Source of the DNA: Eledone cirrhosa
Taxonomy: Eukaryota
DNA: 64,000 nt
Direction of reading: 5' to 3'
NCBI GenBank assembly: GCA_964016885.1
Contig: OZ024745.1
Span: 30,442,001 to 30,506,000, forward strand
Below are positions 63,963 through 64,000 of this stretch, one piece after another; within the stretch, counting starts at the first letter, position 1; each line of letters begins with the position of its first letter. The translations under genes and the position numbers were made by a program. A model generated the notes under the pieces. The model was not told the origin of the DNA. It searched no databases and worked only from the letters and a program-made list of their open reading frames with translations.

Positions 63963-64000
63963 TAATAATTGTTTCTACGTTAGGCACAAGGCCAGCAATT
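63963..64000 (-). mobile_element. 3' tail of a SINE inserted in the Helitron (runs off the window)
   Basis: TAATAATTGTTTCTACGTTAGGCACAAGGCCAGCAATT matches the SINE ends at 16838 and 2626. Confidence 0.85.

Overview
AT-rich, microsatellite-laden eukaryotic DNA. The SINE, RTE, Penelope and Helitron content resembles an octopus or other cephalopod genome; this is an inference. None of the supplied ORFs looks like a conventional host gene. The main hidden feature is a minus-strand array of 15 paralogous micro-exons of 48 or 51 nt between 1,880 and 36,243. All are AG/GT-bounded, all are phase 1-1 and none has a stop codon. Each sits in a strongly conserved intronic cassette and encodes a variable 16-17 aa repeat (about E-x-L-h-A-x-h-K-K-x-G-h-L-t-x-E-E). 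The array grew partly by a 9-exon higher-order duplication, and its exons appear to diverge faster than their flanks, mostly through amino-acid-changing substitutions. The rest of the window is transposon-derived. It includes decayed RTE, Tx1-like and CRE-like LINEs, tRNA-derived SINEs and non-autonomous Helitrons. It also holds an internally deleted Helitron Rep/helicase pseudogene and a young Penelope-like element (RT plus GIY-YIG) with 400-bp inverted termini. There are five well-formed type I hammerhead ribozyme motifs, several fold-back elements inserted in (TA)n, and a 10-kb C(TA)n satellite containing a 200-N gap. All calls were made by eye. Exon and hammerhead coordinates were counted individually; transposon boundaries are approximate.
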